From Promethearchaeota archaeon (GTDB taxonomy: Archaea > Asgardarchaeota > Lokiarchaeia > Sigyniarchaeales > SOKP01), in contig JAUVNS010000011.1 in the NCBI GenBank assembly GCA_030599585.1, positions 1 to 64,000 on the forward strand: 64,000 bases of DNA. The letters are read 5' to 3'. Below the pieces are notes generated by a model. The model saw nothing but the letters and a program-made list of their open reading frames with translations, was not told where the DNA came from and did not search any database. The translations under genes were made by a program, and so were the position numbers. This document shows, piece after piece, positions 10,057 through 19,065 of this stretch; within the stretch, counting starts at the first letter, position 1; each line of letters starts with the position of its first letter.

Positions 10057-11818
10057 TAGTTTGCTCCATGCGAACGATCTTCATATTGTGAGCTTGAAAT
10101 AACTTTTCGTAATACGAAATAGGTCTATGATAATCATATCTTATACCATTAGAAGATTTTACAAGTTTTTTAATTCTATTTTCTTTGAAATAATCAAAAT
10201 TATGTAGTAATGTTTTATTTTGTAGAGTTGATTTTAATTTAATAGTATATAGAGGATTACATATTGCTATTAATATATAATTTGAAGAAAGAGAAGTAAT
10301 ATCACTGAGTATTTTTTCTATTATTGTATTTCGTTCCTTTTCGTCAGGATGTAACGGATGACATAATACTAACGATAATAAAACACAATCAAATTTTTCA
10401 CCAGATTTAAGAAAATCCTTCATTGAATCTTTTGAAATGAATTCGATTCCGTTATAATATTTATTCTTATATTTCTCATAAAAATTAATATCGGGATCAT
10501 ACGCAATCACCTTAATTCCTAATTTCTTGATGCTGAATGCTATATCCCCGCTTCCCGAACCATAGTCAAATAAATTATTAATATCTGATGTTTCTTGAAT
10601 AATTTTCAATATTAAAGGATTCAAAACATCTTTTTTGTCTAATATCATTATTTTTTCATAAAATAAATTGAAATTTTCTTTAACAGTTCCGGGATCATGT
10701 CCATACTCCTTTAATCCAAGAAATTTTTCACTTGAATTAGTTTCAGTTAAAACAGATTTAATATTATCGAAATTTCCAACTAAGGAAGAAACATACATTC
10801 TCCGACACATTTTCCTAAAAAGGTTACTTGAATATGGTTCAAAACTATGTCCAATATCTATTATTGTAGGCAAATCGGTTTCTTTATGAATCCTTATATT
10901 TTTTGGTTGAAAATCTGTGATCACCCATCCAATCTTTTTTAATTCTTTCGCAAGTAAAATTAAATCTGTTTCATAACCACCCTCATAAGCTTTTGATTCG
11001 AAATGATCATAGGAAATAGCAAGTAAGTTTTCTTCATAATACACTTTAAAATTGATTAGATAATTTACAATTGAATTGTTTATATCTTCAGAGAGCGCAC
11101 TTAATCTCCAATACTGATTCAGTAAAAGCTCATCGTTGTTAAAAATTTTATACACTGTTCTTTCATCTTTAAAAACATACCCTTCTGCCCCTTTCCCTAA
11201 TAAGATTATTGCCCCTTTAAAATCAAATTTATTTTCTATAATAATTTTTGCATTATTAACTCCCAATCTTGCTTTCTTTACTCCTTTATAATTATTCTTA
11301 TAATTCTCAATATTTTCTTTAAGAATTTCTATTGCTCTTATCGCATTCTCCGCTTCAAATATTTTATCGAGCCTTCTTTTATCTAATTGCAAGGATTTAA
11401 GATTACCACTCCAACCATCAAGATCAATTGCTATTATCATTTTATTCATTTGCCAAGCTAAAGCAATCTCACTTAATGTACCAGATCCTCCACCTATAGC
11501 TATTATTGCGTCGCACATACTAACCAAAATAACATTTCGAGCAAGACCAAGGCCTGTCGGAATGAGGATATCCGCTTGAGAATTGCTCGAAGCCTTATTA
11601 TAATCGGGTAAAACTCCAATTGTCATCCCTTCTTTATATCTTACTGAAGATTTCGCACCTAGTACTGAAGCTTCCATAACGCCTCCCATTCCACCATTCG
11701 CCAAACGATATTCATTATCAATAAGAAGTTTTCCAACATCAAAGGCACATTTCCATTTGATATCATCCTTACTGAGATTTGCATCTCCAATAACTCCAAC
11801 AATTTTCTCAAGCGTCAT
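9986..11818 (-). CDS. Three-domain fusion: SLOG/LOG-like (TIGR00725) + protein-kinase-like + class I SAM methyltransferase
   Basis: GGMGGVMEAS..GVLP..TGLGLARN..GGGSGTLSEIALA (SLOG); LGKGAEGYV..YK..TDFQPKN..IIDIG (kinase fold); LFDYGSGSG..AYDPD (MTase). Confidence 0.82.
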   Translation of the reverse strand: MTLEKIVGVIGDANLSKDDIKWKCAFDVGKLLIDNEYRLANGGMGGVMEASVLGAKSSVRYKEGMTIGVLPDYNKASSNSQADILIPTGLGLARNVILVSMCDAIIAIGGGSGTLSEIALAWQMNKMIIAIDLDGWSGNLKSLQLDKRRLDKIFEAENAIRAIEILKENIENYKNNYKGVKKARLGVNNAKIIIENKFDFKGAIILLGKGAEGYVFKDERTVYKIFNNDELLLNQYWRLSALSEDINNSIVNYLINFKVYYEENLLAISYDHFESKAYEGGYETDLILLAKELKKIGWVITDFQPKNIRIHKETDLPTIIDIGHSFEPYSSNLFRKMCRRMYVSSLVGNFDNIKSVLTETNSSEKFLGLKEYGHDPGTVKENFNLFYEKIMILDKKDVLNPLILKIIQETSDINNLFDYGSGSGDIAFSIKKLGIKVIAYDPDINFYEKYKNKYYNGIEFISKDSMKDFLKSGEKFDCVLLSLVLCHPLHPDEKERNTIIEKILSDITSLSSNYILIAICNPLYTIKLKSTLQNKTLLHNFDYFKENRIKKLVKSSNGIRYDYHRPISYYEKLFQAHNMKIVRMEQTIGENLDNPNLFYSDFLIFLLEVD

Positions 11819-12653
11819 TCAAATCCCTCGATAATTCAGCTATATTTCTATTTATACAGTATCTTCCAATTTTATAAGGGTTATTTGGTGCATGATTTAT
11901 TGATAAACCAAATTTATATCCTGAATCTTTACACATCTGCCAAACCTCCTCATCATTTTTTCCTTCTGGATAGCAAAAAACATCAATTGGTTGATTACAT
12001 AATTGTTCAAGGTGTTTTTTGGAATTAAATATCTCTCTTTGTGAAAAACTTTTATGATATCTTAGATCTCGATGATATATTCCATGGCTAATAATATTGA
12101 ATAATTTTGACAATTCAATAACTTCCTGTTTATTTAAGAATTGATTTTTTAAAATTTCTTTATCAAATTTAAAAGAATTTTTGATGCTCTTTATTTCACT
12201 AATACTCTTTTTAATATATATTTCTTTGAGAAATTCAATATTACAATTCTTTTGATGATAAATAGATAAATAATTACATAGCTCTTCAATTGAATTATTT
12301 TGAATTATATTATAGATTAAATCCATTCCAGAAAATTCAGAAAATAATGAGTTCCCGATATTAATAGCAAAAGAGCAATATTCTTTTTTAAGCCCATACT
12401 CTTTTTTTAATTTTTTTGCAGCAGTTAGATGTTCTTTATAGCCATCATCAAAAGTAATATGTAAATGATTATTGGTTTCAATAGATTGTTTTAGGGTTCC
12501 AAAAGAATATTTCGATTTAAGAATAATATTAATAATTTCAATTAAATCATCTATTTTAACCACTAGATTTCTTTGGTAATAAGGGTCATTGATTGATGAA
12601 TCATTACACTCAATTCTGTGAACCATTATTATCATTGGCTTTTTCAAATACAT
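11808..12653 (-). CDS. Polysaccharide deacetylase (NodB/CE4 family)
   Basis: ITFDDGY, SHGIYH and FCYPEG motifs. Confidence 0.88.
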   Translation of the reverse strand: MYLKKPMIIMVHRIECNDSSINDPYYQRNLVVKIDDLIEIINIILKSKYSFGTLKQSIETNNHLHITFDDGYKEHLTAAKKLKKEYGLKKEYCSFAINIGNSLFSEFSGMDLIYNIIQNNSIEELCNYLSIYHQKNCNIEFLKEIYIKKSISEIKSIKNSFKFDKEILKNQFLNKQEVIELSKLFNIISHGIYHRDLRYHKSFSQREIFNSKKHLEQLCNQPIDVFCYPEGKNDEEVWQMCKDSGYKFGLSINHAPNNPYKIGRYCINRNIAELSRDLNDA

Positions 12654-12913
12654 TTTCTACTAAATTAATATTTATAGATTTTTTTAGTTGTTTTTTAATA
12701 TAACTTTTTTCTTCTAATTCTAAATATATTTGTTTATAAATAATTTTAATATGTATTGATGAAAAAAAATTAACCCATAATACCTTTCTTAATCATTAAT
12801 AATTAGATAGAGATAGTAAAATTTTATAAATAATAATTATTAAAATCCAAAGACATAATTTATCTTTAGAAAGTGAATTATATAATACAAATATTAACCT
12901 AAGAAGTAGTTTT

Positions 12914-13513
12914 ATGTCAATAAAAAAAAAATTCCTAAATCGTGATGAAGGAGAAGAAGCATTAGAAGTAATTAAACATTATATTAATCACGAGAAAGTA
13001 TATCCCAAACATTATCATGATTTTTTTTTACATTGGAGTCTTATTAACCCTTTATATAATGCATGCAGTAGGAACAAAAAGGAAGTATGTCGAGTTATAG
13101 ATTTTGGAAAAAAAATTGGAAATCTATGGGATGATAATATAAAATGTTTATCGAGAGAATTAGTGGCTCTTGAATGTGTAGGGAAGGGGAGAAACAGTGC
13201 ACAACCCAATAAGTATGTGAGATTAGCAACCCTCTATTTGAGAAAGGAATTTCAACTTAATTCTAATATATGCTCTAATTGCAAAAAAAAAGATCATTGT
13301 GAACGGGATGGGAATAATAATTTTCATAAAATGGATGCAATAATGAGGATACTTTACCAGATTAGATGCAATTTATTTCATGGTGATAAACCTGAACTAA
13401 TAGAATCTCAAGGAGTACGAAATAAAGAATTGGTTCGTATTGGCAATGAGATTTTAACTCACATTTTGCATCAACTTGCCCAAGATTTAGAATTTAATAC
13501 TAAAAACCATTGA
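12914..13513 (+). CDS. HEPN-domain (ApeA-like) putative RNase with a Cys-rich insert
   Basis: YQIRCNLFHGDK (RxxxxH) and N-terminal FLHWSLINPLY; CSNCxxxxxC insert. Confidence 0.75.
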   Translation: MSIKKKFLNRDEGEEALEVIKHYINHEKVYPKHYHDFFLHWSLINPLYNACSRNKKEVCRVIDFGKKIGNLWDDNIKCLSRELVALECVGKGRNSAQPNKYVRLATLYLRKEFQLNSNICSNCKKKDHCERDGNNNFHKMDAIMRILYQIRCNLFHGDKPELIESQGVRNKELVRIGNEILTHILHQLAQDLEFNTKNH

Positions 13514-14400
13514 GAATTTCATCTAGTCTACTGCACATTTGTCCACAAAATTGGCAACCCACATAATTTTCATATTGTTCTATTTGATTAATATTTTTTC
13601 TGTTTAAATTTTTAGATAAATAAATTTGACTATTTAAATAATCCAAATTTTCATATTCAGTTAATAATATAGGTTTGATCGGACTTTTTCTAGGATTTTC
13701 AGGATGGGAATACCATAATTCCAAATTTAATTTAATATTCTCTGGAAAATATTTTCTTGATAATTCTCCATAGATTTCCAATTGATTCGAATGACTCTCA
13801 TACTCATTCTTACCTGTTTTGATTTCAATCAATGTTATTGAAGAATTATCATAAGATATTATATCAATTTTCCCATATAAATAAATGATATTATAGTTCC
13901 AATTATTTTATATCCACATTTTTTATAAAGGCATACCGATTTCTATTGATATTTTTTAAAAAAGAGAGACATCCTAAGAGTTATCAGAAAATCAAATAGG
14001 ATTGTTAATTACAAAAATCTGAAGAGTTTTGGTATCAACATTCTAATAACGGAAATAAAATTCATAGAATTATCTTTTTTGTAAGTATTAATAAATTTTT
14101 AACAATCAATTTTAACTTCATAAAAAATGTATTGGGGAGTACAAAACTCAGTGAATTAATAAAATCTTAATTTCCAGAAAAAAACTGTTGTGTTTGTTTT
14201 TTCCTCAAATTTTCAAGTAGTTTATCAATATTATCTTCAATAGAAGTAGGTGGGTTTAAAAGATTTACTCCAGAAAGTATTCCTCGTTCTTCAAAACCAT
14301 AAGGTATGTGATAAGCTATATCCTTAATTTTATGTAATTTTTGTCTTGAATTAATATCAGGTTTATCAGTATGAAAGATTAGACTATCAAAAATTGATCT
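13500..14400 (-). pseudogene. Degraded Cas4/RecB-like PD-(D/E)XK nuclease
   Basis: Frame upstream of 13832 reads YGKIDIIS..LIEIKTGK; C-terminal CQFCGQMC Fe-S-like motif; upstream frames broken by stops and frameshifts. Confidence 0.6.
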
Positions 14401-14472
14401 TTAGTTTTTTAAACTAAATAACTAAAAATAGGTATAAAGGTTGTAAATTCAAATAATATTTTACGTAATTAT

Positions 14473-14616
14473 TCAAGATTTAGTAGTTTGAGAAGCTTTC
14501 TGGTCAAAATGCAGCAATAAAACATTGACTGCTTCAGAAAAGGTTTTACATCCTTCATTATCTTTGAACTTTTCCAACCTTTCTTTAACTTTCCGTGATA
14601 CATCAATACTCGGCAT
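14473..14616 (-). CDS. 47-aa ribbon-helix-helix (CopG/antitoxin-like) regulator missed by the ORF track
   Basis: MPSIDVSRKVKERLEKFKDNEGCKTFSEAVNVLL: strand-helix-G-x-x-T/S-helix RHH pattern; divergent from the RHH array. Confidence 0.7.
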   Translation of the reverse strand: MPSIDVSRKVKERLEKFKDNEGCKTFSEAVNVLLLHFDQKASQTTKS

Positions 14617-14895
14617 AATGTTTTATTATAATTTAATAATCAATTTAATTATAACTGTTGATTTTCTATTCATCATTTAATATGTTTGAAATCATATTTA
14701 AATAGTTATCGGATAATATTAACGATCAGATTTTAATAGTATTTAATGCGATATAGAATTGATACGGATATTATTCTGGTGATACTTAATTACTAATAAG
14801 ATAATATTTTTATACTGGTATGGTAATATTAATAATATAAAAGTATAAAAAAACAGATCAATAATTTAGCCTTTTTTGTTTAAAACACAGTTCTA

Positions 14896-15552
14896 ATGAA
14901 TAGAAATGGTGTATATACGATGAATGAAAATGTAAATTCCAATGCTTTAACAATAATAGAGAATAAAAAAAGAAATCAATTACAATTTGATGGGAATACG
15001 GTTAAAAATTCAAAGATTTTAAAAATATGTCTAAAACTACCAGAAACCCTCACCAAATCAATTGAATTTATAGTTTTTTTTACAAATAGAACACAAAACG
15101 AGCTTCTAACTGAATTTGTAGTATATCAGTTAGAATCTTATCTGTACGATCATAACTTAGTGATCTTATCCATTGTTGAAAAAAATGGTTTTTTAGAGCT
15201 TATAGGACATGGGCGAGACGAATATTTTGGATATGAACTTCAAGCAATACAAGAAAGCGATACTGTACCTAAGACTGAATTAATAAAATGGAAATCTATG
15301 AATCTTGAACTAAAATTAAATAAGAACATAATTGAATTCATTGAAAAATATTGTAGACTCTCCAATATGTCTAAAGCAGAATTTATAGCTCTCTTAATAA
15401 TAGATCGTTTAGATTGTATCCGCGCATGCCCAGAAATGATCCTTGATTATATGGGCAATAGCGACGAGTTTTTTAAAGATTTAAAAGAGGGAATAGATAA
15501 TTATTATGGAAAGACAATTATCCAAAAAGAAAAAGATAGCGAGGAGGTGTGA
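14896..15552 (+). CDS. Tandem ribbon-helix-helix-like protein (2 units)
   Basis: ICLKLPETLTKSIEFIVFFTNRTQNELL and LELKLNKNIIEFIEKYCRLSNMSKAEFI. Confidence 0.55.
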   Translation: MNRNGVYTMNENVNSNALTIIENKKRNQLQFDGNTVKNSKILKICLKLPETLTKSIEFIVFFTNRTQNELLTEFVVYQLESYLYDHNLVILSIVEKNGFLELIGHGRDEYFGYELQAIQESDTVPKTELIKWKSMNLELKLNKNIIEFIEKYCRLSNMSKAEFIALLIIDRLDCIRACPEMILDYMGNSDEFFKDLKEGIDNYYGKTIIQKEKDSEEV

Positions 15553-15869
15553 GAATCTTAGCAAAAACCACTACTGTTGTTAATAAAGAACGGGACAACA
15601 AGCAAAAAAAAGGATATGATTTTAATTCGTTAGAGATTTCTTTAAAACTTCCAAAAATTATAGAACCTGTTATAGATTCACTATGCAGAATTACCGACAA
15701 GGATCGCAATGATTTATGCTCTTTACTAATCATTGGTCAGCTCAATTATTTTAAGGACACACCTGAAGCCATACTGAGATTCGCGAAAGATTATTTTGTC
15801 TTTTCGGACAATTTATCTGAAGGTGTAAAACAATATTACCAATACAATACAGATCAAATGTTGAGGTGA
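15549..15869 (+). CDS. RHH-like protein (1 unit), paralogous to the second unit of the upstream gene
   Basis: ISLKLPKIIEPVIDSLCRITDKDRNDLCSLLII..PEAIL versus ..CRLSNMSKAEFIALLII..PEMIL. Confidence 0.55.
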   Translation: MRILAKTTTVVNKERDNKQKKGYDFNSLEISLKLPKIIEPVIDSLCRITDKDRNDLCSLLIIGQLNYFKDTPEAILRFAKDYFVFSDNLSEGVKQYYQYNTDQMLR

Positions 15870-15921
15870 GATAAGTATCGAGAAAGCAGTTGAGTTAGAT
15901 AATAATAACAACAGAAGTGAA

Positions 15922-16407
15922 ATGTTTCAAAATTTTTCTACGAAGAAACGCTACAAACTACATTTTGACGAAGATACAACCAAGAAGATTCGGGTATTTT
16001 GTGAAACCTATAGTATAGAATTGACCAAATTTGTTGTAAACACAGTTGGTTGCTATTTGTACGCTATTGAAGATGATATAGTATCTAATGAATGTGATTT
16101 AATTGGGGCATATTACGACGCATCAAAACTGATTGGTATTCAACCTACCAACAAAATCCAGAAAGAAGCTGGGAAAATAGAAGTAGTTGAAGTAGAATTT
16201 CCTCTTTTAATCTCAAACGCAATCGAATACATCTGTGATAAAATTCCCTTGACACCTGAAGAATTTATAGAAGATACTTTGAAGTGGTCGATAGACGATC
16301 TTTTGAACAACGTCAAAGATAGGGACTATGGTTTCCTTCTTAAGTATAAAGACTTTTCAAAAATAACTGAATCTATAAATAAAATCTATAAAGAGGGCAT
16401 AATTTAA
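15922..16407 (+). CDS. Tandem RHH-like protein (2 units); possible ATC start at 15877
   Basis: YKLHFDEDTTKKIRVFCETYSIELTKFV and VEVEFPLLISNAIEYICDKIPLTPEEFI. Confidence 0.5.
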   Translation: MFQNFSTKKRYKLHFDEDTTKKIRVFCETYSIELTKFVVNTVGCYLYAIEDDIVSNECDLIGAYYDASKLIGIQPTNKIQKEAGKIEVVEVEFPLLISNAIEYICDKIPLTPEEFIEDTLKWSIDDLLNNVKDRDYGFLLKYKDFSKITESINKIYKEGII

Positions 16408-16480
16408 ATCGAAATTAACGAGGTGTTTTATTATCAAGAAAGTAATCATTGCCAGAAATAAGGATGATAACTCTAAATTC

Positions 16481-16705
16481 GTGGTACAACTGTCGCGAGA
16501 TATCGCAAAAGCTCTAAATGTATATTGCGAAATTATTGAGATAGAACCAGAGCAGTTTATCAAAGATGCTATTGTGAAAGATTTAATCCAAACATCTGTA
16601 GATTTACAATCTGAAGAATATATATATGTAGGCGATAAATTCCCTGAAGTTAAAAAACCTTTGAAACCATTTTTTGAAGTTATGAAATTGACAATTGAAT
16701 TATAA
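16481..16705 (+). CDS. RHH-like protein; possible ATT/ATC start at 16430/16433
   Basis: VVQLSRDIAKALNVYCEIIEIEPEQFIKDAI. Confidence 0.5.
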   Translation: MVQLSRDIAKALNVYCEIIEIEPEQFIKDAIVKDLIQTSVDLQSEEYIYVGDKFPEVKKPLKPFFEVMKLTIEL

Positions 16706-16889
16706 AATGGAAGATAAAAAAGAAAAGTGGAAAAATGAGAATATAGAGGACTTTTAGCGATCTCTGTATATATTTTTTCGGTAACGCTCTTACTGATCGC
16801 ATGGGCGTTATTCGTTGCGTTGTACTTTGTAAAGGTTTTAACAAAAATAAGTCCACTTAAAAGAAATAGTAAAGAGGAGGTAAAAGGTA

Positions 16890-17300
16890 ATGAGACACGC
16901 TAATAAAACGCTGATTTTTAATAACCACGATATTAAAATTGACGAGGAAATCTACGACCAAGTAAAGTGGTTTAACGAAAATGGGTATATAACGGGTGAA
17001 TCGTGTCAAGGGGGCGAAAAACTACGGGGTGGAATAACCCCATTGTATATCGTATTTATTCGCTTAAATAAAAAGCAAAAACGCATTTTATCGAAAATAT
17101 GTAAAAATTTGAATATTACATTTCAAACCGCATATTTGTATGTAGTTACTTATCCTCACGGATGGAGTTGCCCTGTTGGAATGGAGATTTCAATACAGGA
17201 CGAAAAAAATCGAGTAGGGTTATTAAATAAAATAATTGCTCAGTTGGAGTATTTACAGTTGAATAATAGTTCTAATAAGGTGAGAGGCGATAATAAATGA
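16890..17300 (+). CDS. Phage-associated hypothetical protein with a Tyw3-like N-terminal motif
   Basis: IDEEIYDQVKWFNENGYITGESCQG resembles the D..I...V..LN..G..T..SC.G family; GAGGAGGT SD upstream. Confidence 0.45.
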   Translation: MRHANKTLIFNNHDIKIDEEIYDQVKWFNENGYITGESCQGGEKLRGGITPLYIVFIRLNKKQKRILSKICKNLNITFQTAYLYVVTYPHGWSCPVGMEISIQDEKNRVGLLNKIIAQLEYLQLNNSSNKVRGDNK

Positions 17301-18325
17301 AATTGAAAAATGAAGAGAGAAAGAGTATCGAAAGAAATAATCTTGTTCAATTTAAAGAAGAAATTAATATTTTTTTAGAGCAAATAAAGCAAGTTAAAGG
17401 CGTTGAAAACGTTGTATTTGCTCAGAGTGACGGGAATACAATTGAATCGGCGGGAGTATGGTTTTCCGTGGACGAAATCATTAACGTTAGTGAAGCGACA
17501 AGTGCAATATTCAACATGGGAAAATACCTTTATCCTAAAGATTTGAAGTATATCTTGATAGAAGGAAGAAAGGCAAAATTTTTAATCGCCCCTATAGACA
17601 ATCTTCTTGATAAAACAAACGATAGGATTTTAGTTGAGAAAGGTGTTTTAAACGATAAACCTGAATTCTTTATAGCAATTACGACACAACCAAATATCAA
17701 ATTAAAAAACTTATTTTTCCGAATTGAAAAATGGCGAAAAAAGATAAAAATGCCTTTAGAACTCTCCAAAGAATCTTTTAGACCGCTCCCTATTCGCTTC
17801 AAAAATCGTATATTTCGAAATGGAATAGTAAGAGTAAATACTAAAGAAAACGAAGGAGTCAGGTTTAAACAATCTCCTTATTCGTTAAATCTCGCAAACA
17901 CGTCTAAGGAACTAAATAAAATCATGTTTGATATTTCTCGCGTAATTCCTGAGTTAGAATATGCTTTTATATCAGTTGAGGGGGGTTTTATTGCTTCCAA
18001 CCTATTGATAAGTGTTGATATCACAATAGAAAAACTTGATAACATATCCGCAATGAGTTATTCTTTTTTTCAAACGGCGAATAGATGCGCTTGGTTTACG
18101 AAACAAATTGATGTTGATTGTATTTCCTGCTTAGGAACAAAGTTTTACGCTTTTATTTTTAATATAGAAAAAGCAATTTTTTCTGTTCGCGTTAAAAAAA
18201 TTGAAGTTAGCAGAGAAAATCCAAAAAGGACGCCGTTAAGATTTGATTTTTTGAGAGTCGTATTATCAGAGTTCTCAAAAAAAATTAATTTAATCTTTCA
18301 AGAAAATATCAAATTTAAGAAATAA
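17297..18325 (+). CDS. Tandem roadblock/LC7-domain protein (Asgard-type)
   Basis: IKQVKGVENVVFAQSDGNTI..SAIFNMG..KYILIEG (domain 1); IPELEYAFISVEGGFIAS..ISAMSYSFF (domain 2). Confidence 0.72.
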   Translation: MKLKNEERKSIERNNLVQFKEEINIFLEQIKQVKGVENVVFAQSDGNTIESAGVWFSVDEIINVSEATSAIFNMGKYLYPKDLKYILIEGRKAKFLIAPIDNLLDKTNDRILVEKGVLNDKPEFFIAITTQPNIKLKNLFFRIEKWRKKIKMPLELSKESFRPLPIRFKNRIFRNGIVRVNTKENEGVRFKQSPYSLNLANTSKELNKIMFDISRVIPELEYAFISVEGGFIASNLLISVDITIEKLDNISAMSYSFFQTANRCAWFTKQIDVDCISCLGTKFYAFIFNIEKAIFSVRVKKIEVSRENPKRTPLRFDFLRVVLSEFSKKINLIFQENIKFKK

Positions 18326-18379
18326 AAAAAGGAAGTAAGAACATTAGAAGATTCAAATTTTGAGATTGAGGAACAGAAA

Positions 18380-19042
18380 ATGAATTCGATTTATGTGGAA
18401 AAAACTATTAGAAAGCTTAGGAAAGAAGTTACCTGTAACAAAGAAGTATCTGAAATTCTAGTTAGGCAACCTTTATCTGATCTTTCTTATCCTACATTAT
18501 TTAAAAATGGGAATATGAGAGGAACTTTAGGGAATAGTGAAAGATCGGATATTTCTGCTCAAGAAGATTTAGAGCAATTGCTTAGAGATGTGATATTAGA
18601 ACACAAATATATCTTTGATACGTTTTCAATAAGTGAAAAAAGAAAGTTACAATCTGTTCAAGTTAGATGGAATAATGAACTTATTCATCACATTTTCTTG
18701 TCGAATGGAAGAACAATCATTTCATTTACAACAGGAATCGGTAGTTATCATTTTTCTAAAAATAAGATTTCAATCTCAATAGCTTTCAAATACACTCCAA
18801 TCTGTCTAATTAAATATGTTCTTTTTCATGAACTTCTACATATAAAATTCCTAGGTCATTCTAAAAAATTTCATTCATGTGAATGCCAATATGATAATTA
18901 TAATAGGGTACTAGAATTACTGGACAAAGTTCTTGAACACTATAATATTTCCAGACTTACGCTTTCTGATTTCAAGCGCTATTTAAACGAAAGCAAGTTA
19001 ATTATTGATCCTGAACAGTTTTTTTCCCAACATAAGAATTGA
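18380..19042 (+). CDS. YgjP/DUF45 (M48-like) zinc metallopeptidase domain protein
   Basis: KYVLFHELLH..GHSKKFH (HExxH..H). Confidence 0.78.
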   Translation: MNSIYVEKTIRKLRKEVTCNKEVSEILVRQPLSDLSYPTLFKNGNMRGTLGNSERSDISAQEDLEQLLRDVILEHKYIFDTFSISEKRKLQSVQVRWNNELIHHIFLSNGRTIISFTTGIGSYHFSKNKISISIAFKYTPICLIKYVLFHELLHIKFLGHSKKFHSCECQYDNYNRVLELLDKVLEHYNISRLTLSDFKRYLNESKLIIDPEQFFSQHKN

Positions 19043-19065
19043 GAGATGATTTGAAATGAATCACA

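Noticed and set aside
16735-16903. Small single-TM peptide (RGLLAISVYIFSVTLLLIAWALFVALYF..)
   Set aside because: The upstream ATG is out of frame by one base; cannot tell a gene from a remnant.
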